Shown here one piece after another: positions 40,902 through 49,217 of a stretch of DNA of 64,000 nt (positions are counted from its first letter, which is position 1; every line of letters starts with the position of its first letter). Source of the DNA: a virus; the IMG/VR virus record IMGVR_UViG_3300027969_000047; one strand, given 5' to 3'. The position numbers and the translations under genes were made by a program. Under the pieces are notes generated by a model. The model was not told where the DNA came from. It ran no database searches and saw only the letters and a program-made list of their open reading frames with translations.

Positions 40902-43462
40902 TGGCAGAAAAAGCACTTAAAGTAGAACTATCCGAAGAAGATAGAAAAATACTTCTCGCACAGAAAAAGGCGTTATCCGATATTCTGAAACCAGAAAAGA
41001 AGAGCAAGGGTATTGGCGCTATGGCTGCCGAGTTAATTCTTTCTGGTAAGAATACTTCTATCACAGGTGCATTGGGTTCAGCAACCAAACAAAAAGCTAC
41101 AGAATCTCTCCAAGAAAAAACAAAACAAATTAAAGAAAAATTTGATCCACTAAACATCATTAATAGTATGTTTGGTGGCGGTGGTTTTGGTAGTGTTATG
41201 ACTGCCGCCATTGGTAAAAACATGGGTCGTAATGAAGATGATATTCGTAAATTTGCAAATCTAGATGCCGCAGAAAAAAATGATCCTGTTCCTGAGAAAA
41301 TTAAACCAGAACAGGAATTAAAATATGGACCTGACAGTCTTGCTGATTGGAAAAATGGTCCAACGCAAATGTCAAGTGGAGAAGGTAATAACTCTAATAC
41401 CATGTTATCAGAAATGTTGAAGTATGTTATAAAAATTTCTGAAGACATTAGAGGATTAAAAGATTCTTCAAAAAATCAAGAAGACCTTTTTAAAGACCAA
41501 CTTGTACTAGATGAAAAACAATTAAATCTAGAAGAGGAACAATTAGATGCCGCTAATGAAGCAAGATATGAGGCTGAGTTTGCAAAGAAGAAACCTACAC
41601 CAGTAGGTGCAGATGGAAAAGATAAAAAAGAAACTAAAGAAGAAAAAGGATTCTTAGCATCATTATTAGCATTTGGTAGTGCATTGGGTATGATAGTTGG
41701 AGGTCCTTTCAAAGCCTTTACCTCAATTTTAGGTTTTGCATTATCACCTCTTCGTGCATTAGGAAAAATGCTCGGCGGTCCTTTATTGCGAGGCCTTTCG
41801 GCACTGGGCGCAGTGGCACTTCCTGCCGCAAAAGCAATTGGTGCTAAAGCATTAGAATATGGCGGTAAAGCAGTGACTGCCGCAACACCATTTGTAAAAG
41901 CCGCAGGAGCAAAAGCACTTGAGTATGGCGGCAAAGCTGTAGATGCTGGTAAAGCAGTTGGTGGTAAAGCATTAGCATATGCTACAGAAAAGGCACCCAC
42001 TCTTGTTGCTGGAGCAAAAGCAATTGGCGGTAAAGCAGTTGATATTGGTAAAAACATCGGCGCTAAAGTGGCAGAAAAAGCACCAAGTATTATAGCGGGT
42101 GTTAAGACGATGGGTGGCACTGCATTGGCAGGCGCAAAATCACTTGGCAGTAAAGCAATGGAATCTGTGGGACTTAAAGCCGCCGCAACAGTACCGGGAG
42201 CATTAACTGCATTTGGTGAAGTGGGCGCAAAACGAGCCGCAGCCGCAGGTGCTGAAACAGCAGGTAAAGCTGGTGTCGGCGCATTGATTAAAAAAGCAAT
42301 TGCAAAAAGAGTTCCAAAAGCAGTCGGTTCTGCACTTGGAAAATCAATACCATTTTTGGGTGCCGCTATTGGTGTTGGTTTTGCTCTTAGTCGTTTGATG
42401 GATGGAGATGTTGTTGGTGCTGGATTAGAAGCAGTCTCTGGTATTGGTTCTTTTGCCACAGCAATTCCTGCAACAGTAGCACTTATTGCAAAAGACATAT
42501 ATCAAGATGTTTATGGAATTAAACCTGAATCGGATCCTCAGTTTGGTGAAAGAATGGGATTAGTCCAATCAGAAACTGAAGCCGCTGTAAAAGCAGAATT
42601 TGCTAGTAAGGTTGGAGAAGAAGATAAAAAGGGTGGTGATAAAAAAGAAGGTGATAAAAAAGGTGATGCTTCTGCTGAAACGAAAGTTCCAGAAGCGCCT
42701 GAATTGAAAGGTGATACAAAGCAACAGGCTCAGCGTAAATTTGCTGAAGATACTGAATCTAGTATGAAACGCAATATGATTACGGCCAGAATCAACGCCG
42801 CAGGTGAAAACGCTAATGATCCTGATGTTTATGCTGCCGCTGAAGAGTCTCTGAAACCAGGTTCGGCTGACTTTGAGACAGGATTGAAAAATCGTAGAGA
42901 AAATGGTAAATCTGCAACATCACCATCACAAGAAAAAGGTGCGGCAACCACAAAAGCAACTCCTGTCGATATACAATTCAGTGAAATGAAATTCGCACAG
43001 AACGACCAAGAAAATTATAAAAAATTCAGTAAAGATAAAGAAGCATTGACTGAAGAATATGCTAAGAAACAAGCATCAACTTATGGTCGTAAAGAGCCTA
43101 ATCAAATAGATTATGAAATTGCTGGTATGAAAGCAAAGAAAGATACCATATTAAAATATCGTAAGGAGATTGAAGCATCTGGTGCTGGTAAAGTTACTGG
43201 TGGAGAGTTGACACCATCAGCAAAATCTGAATCTGCACAATTAACACCAGCACAGCCAACCACTGGTGAAAGAATGACAAAACAGTCTAATGAAAACAAT
43301 ATGGCTAAGACGGAAGCAATGACTGGTGGTAACAATTCAAACACATCAATTGTATCTGCACCAAAAATCACAAACTCAACTAGTGTAACAAATGCGCCTA
43401 TCAATGTTAGAAATAATGAGAATACATTCGTAAGAAATCAAGATAAGATTTCAGCATTCTAA
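40901..43462 (+). CDS. Baseplate hub/tail length determinant (gp29/tape-measure-like)
   Basis: Position after gp26/gp51; hydrophobic central segment; AKA.G.KAL.Y repeats; KSIPFLGA motif. Confidence 0.6.
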   Translation: MAEKALKVELSEEDRKILLAQKKALSDILKPEKKSKGIGAMAAELILSGKNTSITGALGSATKQKATESLQEKTKQIKEKFDPLNIINSMFGGGGFGSVMTAAIGKNMGRNEDDIRKFANLDAAEKNDPVPEKIKPEQELKYGPDSLADWKNGPTQMSSGEGNNSNTMLSEMLKYVIKISEDIRGLKDSSKNQEDLFKDQLVLDEKQLNLEEEQLDAANEARYEAEFAKKKPTPVGADGKDKKETKEEKGFLASLLAFGSALGMIVGGPFKAFTSILGFALSPLRALGKMLGGPLLRGLSALGAVALPAAKAIGAKALEYGGKAVTAATPFVKAAGAKALEYGGKAVDAGKAVGGKALAYATEKAPTLVAGAKAIGGKAVDIGKNIGAKVAEKAPSIIAGVKTMGGTALAGAKSLGSKAMESVGLKAAATVPGALTAFGEVGAKRAAAAGAETAGKAGVGALIKKAIAKRVPKAVGSALGKSIPFLGAAIGVGFALSRLMDGDVVGAGLEAVSGIGSFATAIPATVALIAKDIYQDVYGIKPESDPQFGERMGLVQSETEAAVKAEFASKVGEEDKKGGDKKEGDKKGDASAETKVPEAPELKGDTKQQAQRKFAEDTESSMKRNMITARINAAGENANDPDVYAAAEESLKPGSADFETGLKNRRENGKSATSPSQEKGAATTKATPVDIQFSEMKFAQNDQENYKKFSKDKEALTEEYAKKQASTYGRKEPNQIDYEIAGMKAKKDTILKYRKEIEASGAGKVTGGELTPSAKSESAQLTPAQPTTGERMTKQSNENNMAKTEAMTGGNNSNTSIVSAPKITNSTSVTNAPINVRNNENTFVRNQDKISAF

Positions 43463-43466
43463 AAAC

Positions 43467-43489
43467 AAAAAACCCCACCGAGGTGGGGT
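43467..43489 (-). terminator. Rho-independent terminator between convergent genes
   Basis: ACCCCACC-GA-GGTGGGGT hairpin with U-tract on the minus strand. Confidence 0.85.
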
Positions 43490-43509
43490 CAAACTTTTAT
43501 AAAACTAGT

Positions 43510-44409
43510 TTATTGTGGTTCAGCCAAAGACTTGAAATAATCCAAGTCATCATCTGCTACTGACTTGCGGTCAATCCGCTCTAGGTCATCATCAGACAAT
43601 TTGCGAGATACACTCGCATCTTCAGCCTTAGTTTTAGGTGCAACCGCACCACCATCAAAACCGAGAACTTTATCTAAACGAGCCTTTAGAACCTCATAAG
43701 GCTTGAATTGTTTTGGTTCAAGAAATTCTTTGAGAGAATATTCTTTCTTCCACAACTCTTCGAGTTTAGAATCATCACCATCAAAAAGAGCAGACTTATC
43801 TGCAAATTCTGATTTATCATAATTACGATAGCCCTCGACATTACGAATCTTCAATTTGAAGTTAGCACCTTCCCACATGTCAAATGGATTGACAGGTGTC
43901 TCATCAGCGAATTCTGGATTCATTGCCTCTGAGATTTTATCAAAGATTTTCTTACCAAACTTATACAGTTTGATTTCACCTTCGTTAGAAGGATTTGCTG
44001 GATCGGAAATCACCAAGATATTAGCGATGTAAGTTAACTTGCGTTTTTGCTTACGAGCAATTTCTTTGTTGGCTTCGATGCCAGAGTTCCAAAGAGTAGA
44101 GTTATACTCAGAGACTGGATCTTTTTGGTTAAGAGTAGTCAAAGAGTTTTCGATGTACCAACCACCAGGACCTTGAAAGCCATGATTGAATACACGAACC
44201 CATGGCAGACCATCTTCACCATCAATAGAAGGTGCGGGTAGAAAACGAATAACGGCCATGCCATTACCTGCTTTATCTACTTCAGATTGCCAGAAACGGG
44301 TGTCTTCTTTGGAGCCAGCCTCTACGGACTGGTTATTAACTGATTCAACAGCCTTTGTCAATTTGTCGAATTGACTGCTATTGCGTTTGAGGTTTGCAAA
44401 TGAACTCAT
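43510..44409 (-). CDS. gp32: Single-stranded DNA binding protein gp32
   Basis: D.RFW...DKAGNG.AVIRFLP; HGFQGPGGWYIENSLTT; KFGKKIFDKI; GANFKLKI. Confidence 0.95.
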   Translation of the reverse strand: MSSFANLKRNSSQFDKLTKAVESVNNQSVEAGSKEDTRFWQSEVDKAGNGMAVIRFLPAPSIDGEDGLPWVRVFNHGFQGPGGWYIENSLTTLNQKDPVSEYNSTLWNSGIEANKEIARKQKRKLTYIANILVISDPANPSNEGEIKLYKFGKKIFDKISEAMNPEFADETPVNPFDMWEGANFKLKIRNVEGYRNYDKSEFADKSALFDGDDSKLEELWKKEYSLKEFLEPKQFKPYEVLKARLDKVLGFDGGAVAPKTKAEDASVSRKLSDDDLERIDRKSVADDDLDYFKSLAEPQ

Positions 44410-44453
44410 ATGTATTTTCCTTTTGTATAACGGAGTATGTTTGTATGAACGAA

Positions 44454-44497
44454 TTATCCACAGTATGCATTATATCTCATATATAGACAGATTGCAA
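44454..44497 (-). promoter_or_regulatory. sigma70-like promoter for gp32 with a perfect DnaA box at the start site
   Basis: TTGCAA-N17-TATAAT (44497-44469) then TGTGGATAA (TTATCCACA at 44454-44462). Confidence 0.55.
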
Positions 44498-45079
44498 GTG
44501 GCTTTTTAAAATCTCCTGAAACTTTGCCTTATCATAATCAATGAATGGGGTATACTTACTTGCAGTCAAGCATACCTCAGGCCATCTAATTGTGTCATCG
44601 ATTTTTCGACTCCACATTGGAAAGAAGCCTAGCATATCATTCAATATGCACAATGTTTCAAATTGAGTTTCTTTCCGTAATGTTCTTGTCAATAGAACAG
44701 GATATTCTCCATCTTCTACTTTCAAAATGTCATTGGGGTTAGAGTACTCAATAAACAATTCACGACAGTCATTATCAAAGATATAACTGAGTGATTGTTG
44801 GCTCATCAAAAACAATTTGTATATCGATTCGGCATCTTCTTCTAAGAGTTTGCCAACCCATATCTTATTGTCAATGATGAAATTTGAAACGAGAAATTTA
44901 ACAAACTCTTCCCTACTATACTTCCGAGAAAGTTTATAGAAATAGTATTTGTCTTTTCTCAATTCAAATGTCTGTACAGAAATGTTTGACTTTCCATTGT
45001 ATTTGAAATAGTCATAACTCTTCTGTGTAAAATGTATCTTCAAAGAATTGTATAAAGCAAAGGCTTCATAACCAGTCAT
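44477..45079 (-). CDS. gp59: Helicase loader gp59
   Basis: Y..LK.HF....YDYFKYNGK...RKDKY.F.KL; ETL.IL; synteny gp33-gp59-gp32. Confidence 0.85.
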   Translation of the reverse strand: MTGYEAFALYNSLKIHFTQKSYDYFKYNGKSNISVQTFELRKDKYYFYKLSRKYSREEFVKFLVSNFIIDNKIWVGKLLEEDAESIYKLFLMSQQSLSYIFDNDCRELFIEYSNPNDILKVEDGEYPVLLTRTLRKETQFETLCILNDMLGFFPMWSRKIDDTIRWPEVCLTASKYTPFIDYDKAKFQEILKSHLQSVYI

Positions 45080-45092
45080 AATAATTAAAATC

Positions 45093-45314
45093 CTAAATTG
45101 GTAACTTCGACACCGTAGGCATCATCCTCATTTCTTGGGCATCACTTTCGATTTTAGATTTGAGATTAGAGTTTACCAAAGATGCGGCAACTTCAATTTC
45201 AAGTCCAGTCTCTCTACAATATTCAACTATTGCATCAATGTGATTACACCTATGTCTCCGCATCATCTCTTCAATTGCTTTTGCAAACTTCATCATTTCA
45301 TCACGAGTAGGCAT
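45093..45314 (-). CDS. gp33: Late promoter co-activator gp33
   Basis: IE......IDAIV.YC....LEIE..ASL....LK.KI..DA; synteny. Confidence 0.85.
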   Translation of the reverse strand: MPTRDEMMKFAKAIEEMMRRHRCNHIDAIVEYCRETGLEIEVAASLVNSNLKSKIESDAQEMRMMPTVSKLPI

Positions 45315-45316
45315 AA

Positions 45317-45577
45317 TTATTTTTTCGCCTGAGTTGTTCCAATGATTGATGGAGTGTTATGTGATTGCATTGAAGATGCAAATGCAACGCAGATAATGTC
45401 TGTGCTTGATGCATATGAGCAACGAACCGATAATGGGTCAATGCCTTTTGCTATTGCACTGTCAACATTCGCCGCCATTAATTTTCTATCATTGGTGTAA
45501 AAAAAAGTCATACCACCAATCAAGGCAAGCAAAATCAAAGTGGCTGAAATTTGTAATGAAATTTTATCGATAGGCAT
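45317..45577 (-). CDS. Small membrane protein
   Basis: N-terminal TM segment; AI.KG.DP..VRC motif with a Cys pair. Confidence 0.6.
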   Translation of the reverse strand: MPIDKISLQISATLILLALIGGMTFFYTNDRKLMAANVDSAIAKGIDPLSVRCSYASSTDIICVAFASSMQSHNTPSIIGTTQAKK

Positions 45578-46145
45578 ATTGGTTTTCCTTTAGTGTTTTA
45601 AAGTAAAAGATATGTCTACCAATCTGTGTGGTTTTGACCATATTCTTCCACTTAGGGTTTACATAATCTGCATGATAAAAAAGTGCTCCTGAAGTAGGGT
45701 CATCAATCTTTTCATAATTTGCATAGACATATGTTGCTAAGTCTCGAATATCATTATATCTCGAATTGTATCCAGTTGTCAATACTTTAGAGGTAGAAAT
45801 AGAATTATTCTTCTCTTCACACCACCATGAGAATTGACAAGTCTTTCCCACTTTCTGTTTAACAACACCACAGATGTCGTTTTCAAAATGTCCAGAATTC
45901 ATTCTATTGATTGTAACGAATGCAACGGCAAGTTGTCCTTCTCTCGGTTCATATGCCGATTCAAAATAGATGTTTTCTGCTAGACAATTCACTTGTTCTT
46001 TTGCCTCAGCGTTCAGACTAAAATAATTTGTTCTGAATGGCATAGCTGTTTGTGAATCAGTAAAAATAAAAACTGATAGCACTATGCCTAATGAAATAAT
46101 TATGCTCAATAAGATTGAGTGTTTTAACATTGGGTTTCCTTTCAT
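45564..46145 (-). CDS. Cell wall hydrolase, SleB/CwlJ family, with N-terminal TM
   Basis: CLAENIYFES..E...GQLAVA.VT.NR; CQFSW; GALFYHADYVNP.W; IGRHIFY. Confidence 0.9.
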   Translation of the reverse strand: MKGNPMLKHSILLSIIISLGIVLSVFIFTDSQTAMPFRTNYFSLNAEAKEQVNCLAENIYFESAYEPREGQLAVAFVTINRMNSGHFENDICGVVKQKVGKTCQFSWWCEEKNNSISTSKVLTTGYNSRYNDIRDLATYVYANYEKIDDPTSGALFYHADYVNPKWKNMVKTTQIGRHIFYFKTLKENQYAYR

Positions 46146-46147
46146 AG

Positions 46148-46175
46148 AAAAAAAGGGAGACCATTGCGGTCTCCC
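46148..46175 (-). terminator. Rho-independent terminator
   Basis: GGGAGACC-loop-GGTCTCCC plus U-tract on the minus strand. Confidence 0.8.
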
Positions 46176-46187
46176 ATAACCTTCTCT

Positions 46188-46460
46188 TTAAGAAGATTTC
46201 TTAGATACTTTTGGTTGTTCCGCAGGAATGTTAGACACAAAACCATTAAGCACTTGTGCTTTGGCTATGATATCTACTTCTGAGGGATATGGCGGAAAAC
46301 CAGGATGGGCTGGTGGGTCTTCGCCTTTGCTTTTTGAGGTGTCGCATTTTGTGGACCAATCATTACTGATTTGTTCACGCTTACCAAAATAATCATCTGA
46401 TAACATATCTCTTGCCATTTTTAATAGTTCGAGACGGATTTCAAAAGGTGTCATTGACAT
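46188..46460 (-). CDS. Conserved hypothetical phage protein
   Basis: MSMTPFEIRLELLKMA...P....II.KA..LN.FVS; GGAG RBS supports start at 46460. Confidence 0.7.
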   Translation of the reverse strand: MSMTPFEIRLELLKMARDMLSDDYFGKREQISNDWSTKCDTSKSKGEDPPAHPGFPPYPSEVDIIAKAQVLNGFVSNIPAEQPKVSKKSS

Positions 46461-46532
46461 AGATTTCTCCTTGTGTTGTGTGAAGTGTGTGGCGGATTTC
46501 TTCAAAGAAGGGGTTCCGCCGAACCCTTTAGT

Positions 46533-46540
46533 TATTTATA
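46533..46540 (-). promoter_or_regulatory. T4 late promoter TATAAATA
   Basis: Exact consensus, intergenic. Confidence 0.7.
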
Positions 46541-46543
46541 CAA

Positions 46544-46981
46544 TTAAAATCTGTATTTGATACCAGCAGTGATACGGCTACCGTTTTGTGTAGAAACAGA
46601 ATCTTGTCCTGATTGATATGTGTAATCAACTAGACCAGTAACATTTTTCACAATTGGCATACTTAAAGTAGCACCAGCAAGGGCGGCATAACCATCAGAA
46701 CTAGATGCAGTGTCAACATACACACCACCAAACTTCACACCAACTCCAACTGGTCCAATTTTTGTGATTTGGATAGTGTTGGTCAAACTGTAAAGGTCTG
46801 CGGTTGTGCTACGATTGAAGCCTAGTGTCAAGTCTTGTCCAAAAACTTTTTCACCTAATGTTAGACCCCAAGCATTTTCTCTGGAACTCAAATTTGTTCC
46901 ACCATTAACACCAACCTCAACTGCTTGTGCAGATGCGACTGCGACCATTAGTGATGCGATAATTGCAATTTTCTTAATCAA
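46544..46981 (-). CDS. Small outer-membrane beta-barrel protein
   Basis: Signal peptide (KK...AQA), alternating beta-strands, C-terminal GIKYRF BAM signal; TTG start with GGAG RBS. Confidence 0.75.
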   Translation of the reverse strand: MIKKIAIIASLMVAVASAQAVEVGVNGGTNLSSRENAWGLTLGEKVFGQDLTLGFNRSTTADLYSLTNTIQITKIGPVGVGVKFGGVYVDTASSSDGYAALAGATLSMPIVKNVTGLVDYTYQSGQDSVSTQNGSRITAGIKYRF

Positions 46982-46998
46982 AATAAACTCCTTGTTGT

Positions 46999-47310
46999 AA
47001 AAAAAAATGATAGCTTATTCTGTTACGAGGAAAGCTATCGAAACCCTAGGCCGTGTTTAGGCAGCCAATGCGAACTGTGAGTCGTTTGCGTTTACTTTTT
47101 TTGCTTGATTAACGGTCATCGCCTACCGTGCTGTCCACTCTGTTACTTGTTGCCCTGTCGAAACTATGCAGGCCCATCATAAAGATTGTGCTATTCCTTT
47201 TAGAAACTCTGCAATCATTTCAATAGCAGTTAATATTTTTTCTTTCATTACAATCCTTATGGTGGACCTGGGGGGATTCGCACCCCCGTCCAGAACACTT
47301 TTCTCTTTAC
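46999..47310 (-). ncRNA. ssrA: tmRNA, circularly permuted (two-piece)
   Basis: Minus-strand order: T-arm GGGGG-TGCGAAT-CCCCC plus CAGGTCCACCA (ends 47260), 84-nt intervening segment, then 5' end GGGCCTG...TTCGAC (47175) and tag ANDSQFALAA* (47089-47057), hairpin and U-tract; G3.U pair in the acceptor stem. Outer boundaries approximate. Confidence 0.9.
47177..47248 (-). CDS. Putative 23-aa amphipathic peptide inside the tmRNA intervening segment
   Basis: MKEKILTAIEMIAEFLKGIAQSL*, preceded by an AAGGA SD. Confidence 0.5.
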   Translation of the reverse strand: MKEKILTAIEMIAEFLKGIAQSL

Positions 47311-47311
47311 T

Positions 47312-47989
47312 TCATACAGCAATATCTTGATGTTTCTTCACATAGTAAAGAAGGTCATCAATGTATTTATGTTTTGTCTCTTCAAATATCTGCGGCAATG
47401 TTTCATCATTCACTGCAATAGCTACCACGATTTGTTCGATTGGTAAACCAGTAATCTCTTCGAACATAATTGCATAAGCACTACATTGCATAAAATAATT
47501 TTTGATATGGTCTTTGTCTTTCAACCTGCTTGATGTTTTAAAATCGATGACAGAAAGTTTTCCTTTCCATTCAGCAATACAATCTACACGACCAGCAACT
47601 TTCAATTTATGAGAATACAATGCTTGCTCTAAACAATAGATGTTGCCAATGTTCTTCATCAATTCAGGTTTCAGTTGAAGAAACATCTCTTTCACATTCG
47701 GCATCATCATTTGTATTTTCATATCACTCAATTCATTGAGTAAAAACTTTTCACAAACATCATGCACTGAAGTACCACGGCGAGATGCTTGGCTTGATAT
47801 CTTATTCGCCTGCTCTTCGCCTACTCTCTTACGCCATTCCATGATTGCTTTTTTATTGTAAGCAGATAGAACAGTAGTGATAGAAGAATATTTCTCACCA
47901 TTTGGTGTTGTATATTTTCTTCCAGATTCAGTTGTTACAGCTTTTAAATCAAATTCTAATTCTGGAAGTTTTACATGGTTAAAAATCAT
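47312..47989 (-). CDS. PD-(D/E)XK exonuclease (phage exonuclease/Cas4-like fold)
   Basis: Y.SITTVL; WR.RVG; RGT..H; AGRVDCIAE..G.LSVIDFKTS; YF.Q..AY. Confidence 0.85.
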   Translation of the reverse strand: MIFNHVKLPELEFDLKAVTTESGRKYTTPNGEKYSSITTVLSAYNKKAIMEWRKRVGEEQANKISSQASRRGTSVHDVCEKFLLNELSDMKIQMMMPNVKEMFLQLKPELMKNIGNIYCLEQALYSHKLKVAGRVDCIAEWKGKLSVIDFKTSSRLKDKDHIKNYFMQCSAYAIMFEEITGLPIEQIVVAIAVNDETLPQIFEETKHKYIDDLLYYVKKHQDIAV

Positions 47990-48309
47990 TTAGCGCCAAC
48001 TCTCTTTGTAATCTTATCAACATGGTCTTTAACAATTCGCTGAGTCTGCACATCCTTAATAGATTTCTTACCATAACGATGCCCATGAGGACTTGCAGGA
48101 TGTGCCTCTGCAACCTTAGATAACACATCCTTGAAACCATCAGGTACACGATTTTGCGTTGAAGTAGAAACACCAGAAACAATTGCTGGCGCTGTTAACA
48201 CTGGTTGAATATGTGGATTTGTTTTTAGATATTCTTCACGCTCAGAAATTTTCATAACCGATTCAAACTCTTCACCTGTCTCACTATTCACAAAATTATA
48301 TGTTGGCAA
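47986..48309 (-). CDS. FmdB-like small protein lacking Zn cysteines
   Basis: TTG start after GGAG: MPTYNF.NSETGE...YLK.NPHI...DGFKDVL. Confidence 0.6.
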   Translation of the reverse strand: MPTYNFVNSETGEEFESVMKISEREEYLKTNPHIQPVLTAPAIVSGVSTSTQNRVPDGFKDVLSKVAEAHPASPHGHRYGKKSIKDVQTQRIVKDHVDKITKRVGAK

Positions 48310-48850
48310 AATTTGTCTCCGGATACCAAAGAGGAACTGGTCTCTTCTTCCACTTCGCAAGATGCGATTTGTTGTTTATATAGTAGTTGCGATAAGATGC
48401 AATAGAATCGCCAACAATCTTCACTTCATCAGGCATAGCTGGTGTTGGCTCAGTAAAGTTTCCTCTCGGAATATTATTTGGTCGAACCTCTAATGCCCAA
48501 ACAAGTTTTTCGCAAGCATGTTTTTTACCATAGCGATATGTGTATTCTTCAAGAAGTGATTCGAACATTTCGAATAACCAAGAATAATTTTTATCGCTTT
48601 GTCTTACCCAAACTGCCGATGGGTGATTGATATGAGTAGCAGAGTAAAGAGAGGACTCACGGTTATCGGCAAGTACATATGCTTTTTGTTTACGACCAGA
48701 AGCACTGAGGCGGTCGATAATATTCCCGTCAAGAACACGATGAGCAGTTGAGAGTAATTGTGCATATTCTAAAATCATTTTGACCACATGTTTATCGTTA
48801 TGCATTTCTGCACAAGTTTTAACATCATGGTCAAGGTAAAAAATATTCAT
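48296..48850 (-). CDS. Pyrimidine-dimer DNA glycosylase-like protein
   Basis: MNIFYLD...DKHVVKMILEYAQLLSTAHR; TH.NHPS..W.R; EY..RYGK.H. Confidence 0.65.
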   Translation of the reverse strand: MNIFYLDHDVKTCAEMHNDKHVVKMILEYAQLLSTAHRVLDGNIIDRLSASGRKQKAYVLADNRESSLYSATHINHPSAVWVRQSDKNYSWLFEMFESLLEEYTYRYGKKHACEKLVWALEVRPNNIPRGNFTEPTPAMPDEVKIVGDSIASYRNYYINNKSHLAKWKKRPVPLWYPETNFANI

Positions 48851-48853
48851 GGT

Positions 48854-49213
48854 TTAATCCCATCTTTGGTGGTCTTCTGCTACATGTTCCCAACCATCAT
48901 ATTCACTGATATGCCATTTAACATTATCAGGAATTTCAACAATGCCAAGTTCGGATGCCCAATTATTTGCATCTTCACCCATCTCTTCAACTACGGCAAC
49001 CAAATCTTCATCGGCACGATTTTCGTAAAAGTCATATGTGCTGATATAAAAATCTTCATCACCAACATGTCCTTCTTCGTAATATGTTGAGCCAAAAACT
49101 TCAGAATCAGATGTTTTCTTTTCCCACTTCACACCCTTGCGGTCAAGCAATTTTTCAAGAGCCGGATCGGAAAGACCAAAGCCGCCATGGCATCTATTGA
49201 TTACTACTTTCAT
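48854..49213 (-). CDS. Conserved hypothetical phage protein
   Basis: KVVIN.C.GGFGLS...R.D..LV.VVEE.G...IVEIPD...EYDG.E. Confidence 0.7.
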   Translation of the reverse strand: MKVVINRCHGGFGLSDPALEKLLDRKGVKWEKKTSDSEVFGSTYYEEGHVGDEDFYISTYDFYENRADEDLVAVVEEMGEDANNWASELGIVEIPDNVKWHISEYDGWEHVAEDHQRWD

Positions 49214-49217
49214 AATT

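Noticed and set aside
41476-42498. 340-aa antisense ORF, and similar ones at 16175..16768, 31561..32169 and 40879..41448
   Set aside because: Shadow frames of Ala/Gly/Thr-rich genes with biased codon usage; no RBS or recognisable motifs.
47260-47300. Apparent tRNA-Ala
   Set aside because: Only a T-arm and acceptor 3' half are present; they pair with the downstream tmRNA 5' end, and there is no anticodon arm.
47312-47989. Cas4 as part of a CRISPR system
   Set aside because: Lacks the Fe-S cysteine cluster and matches the common T4-like stand-alone exonuclease pattern.
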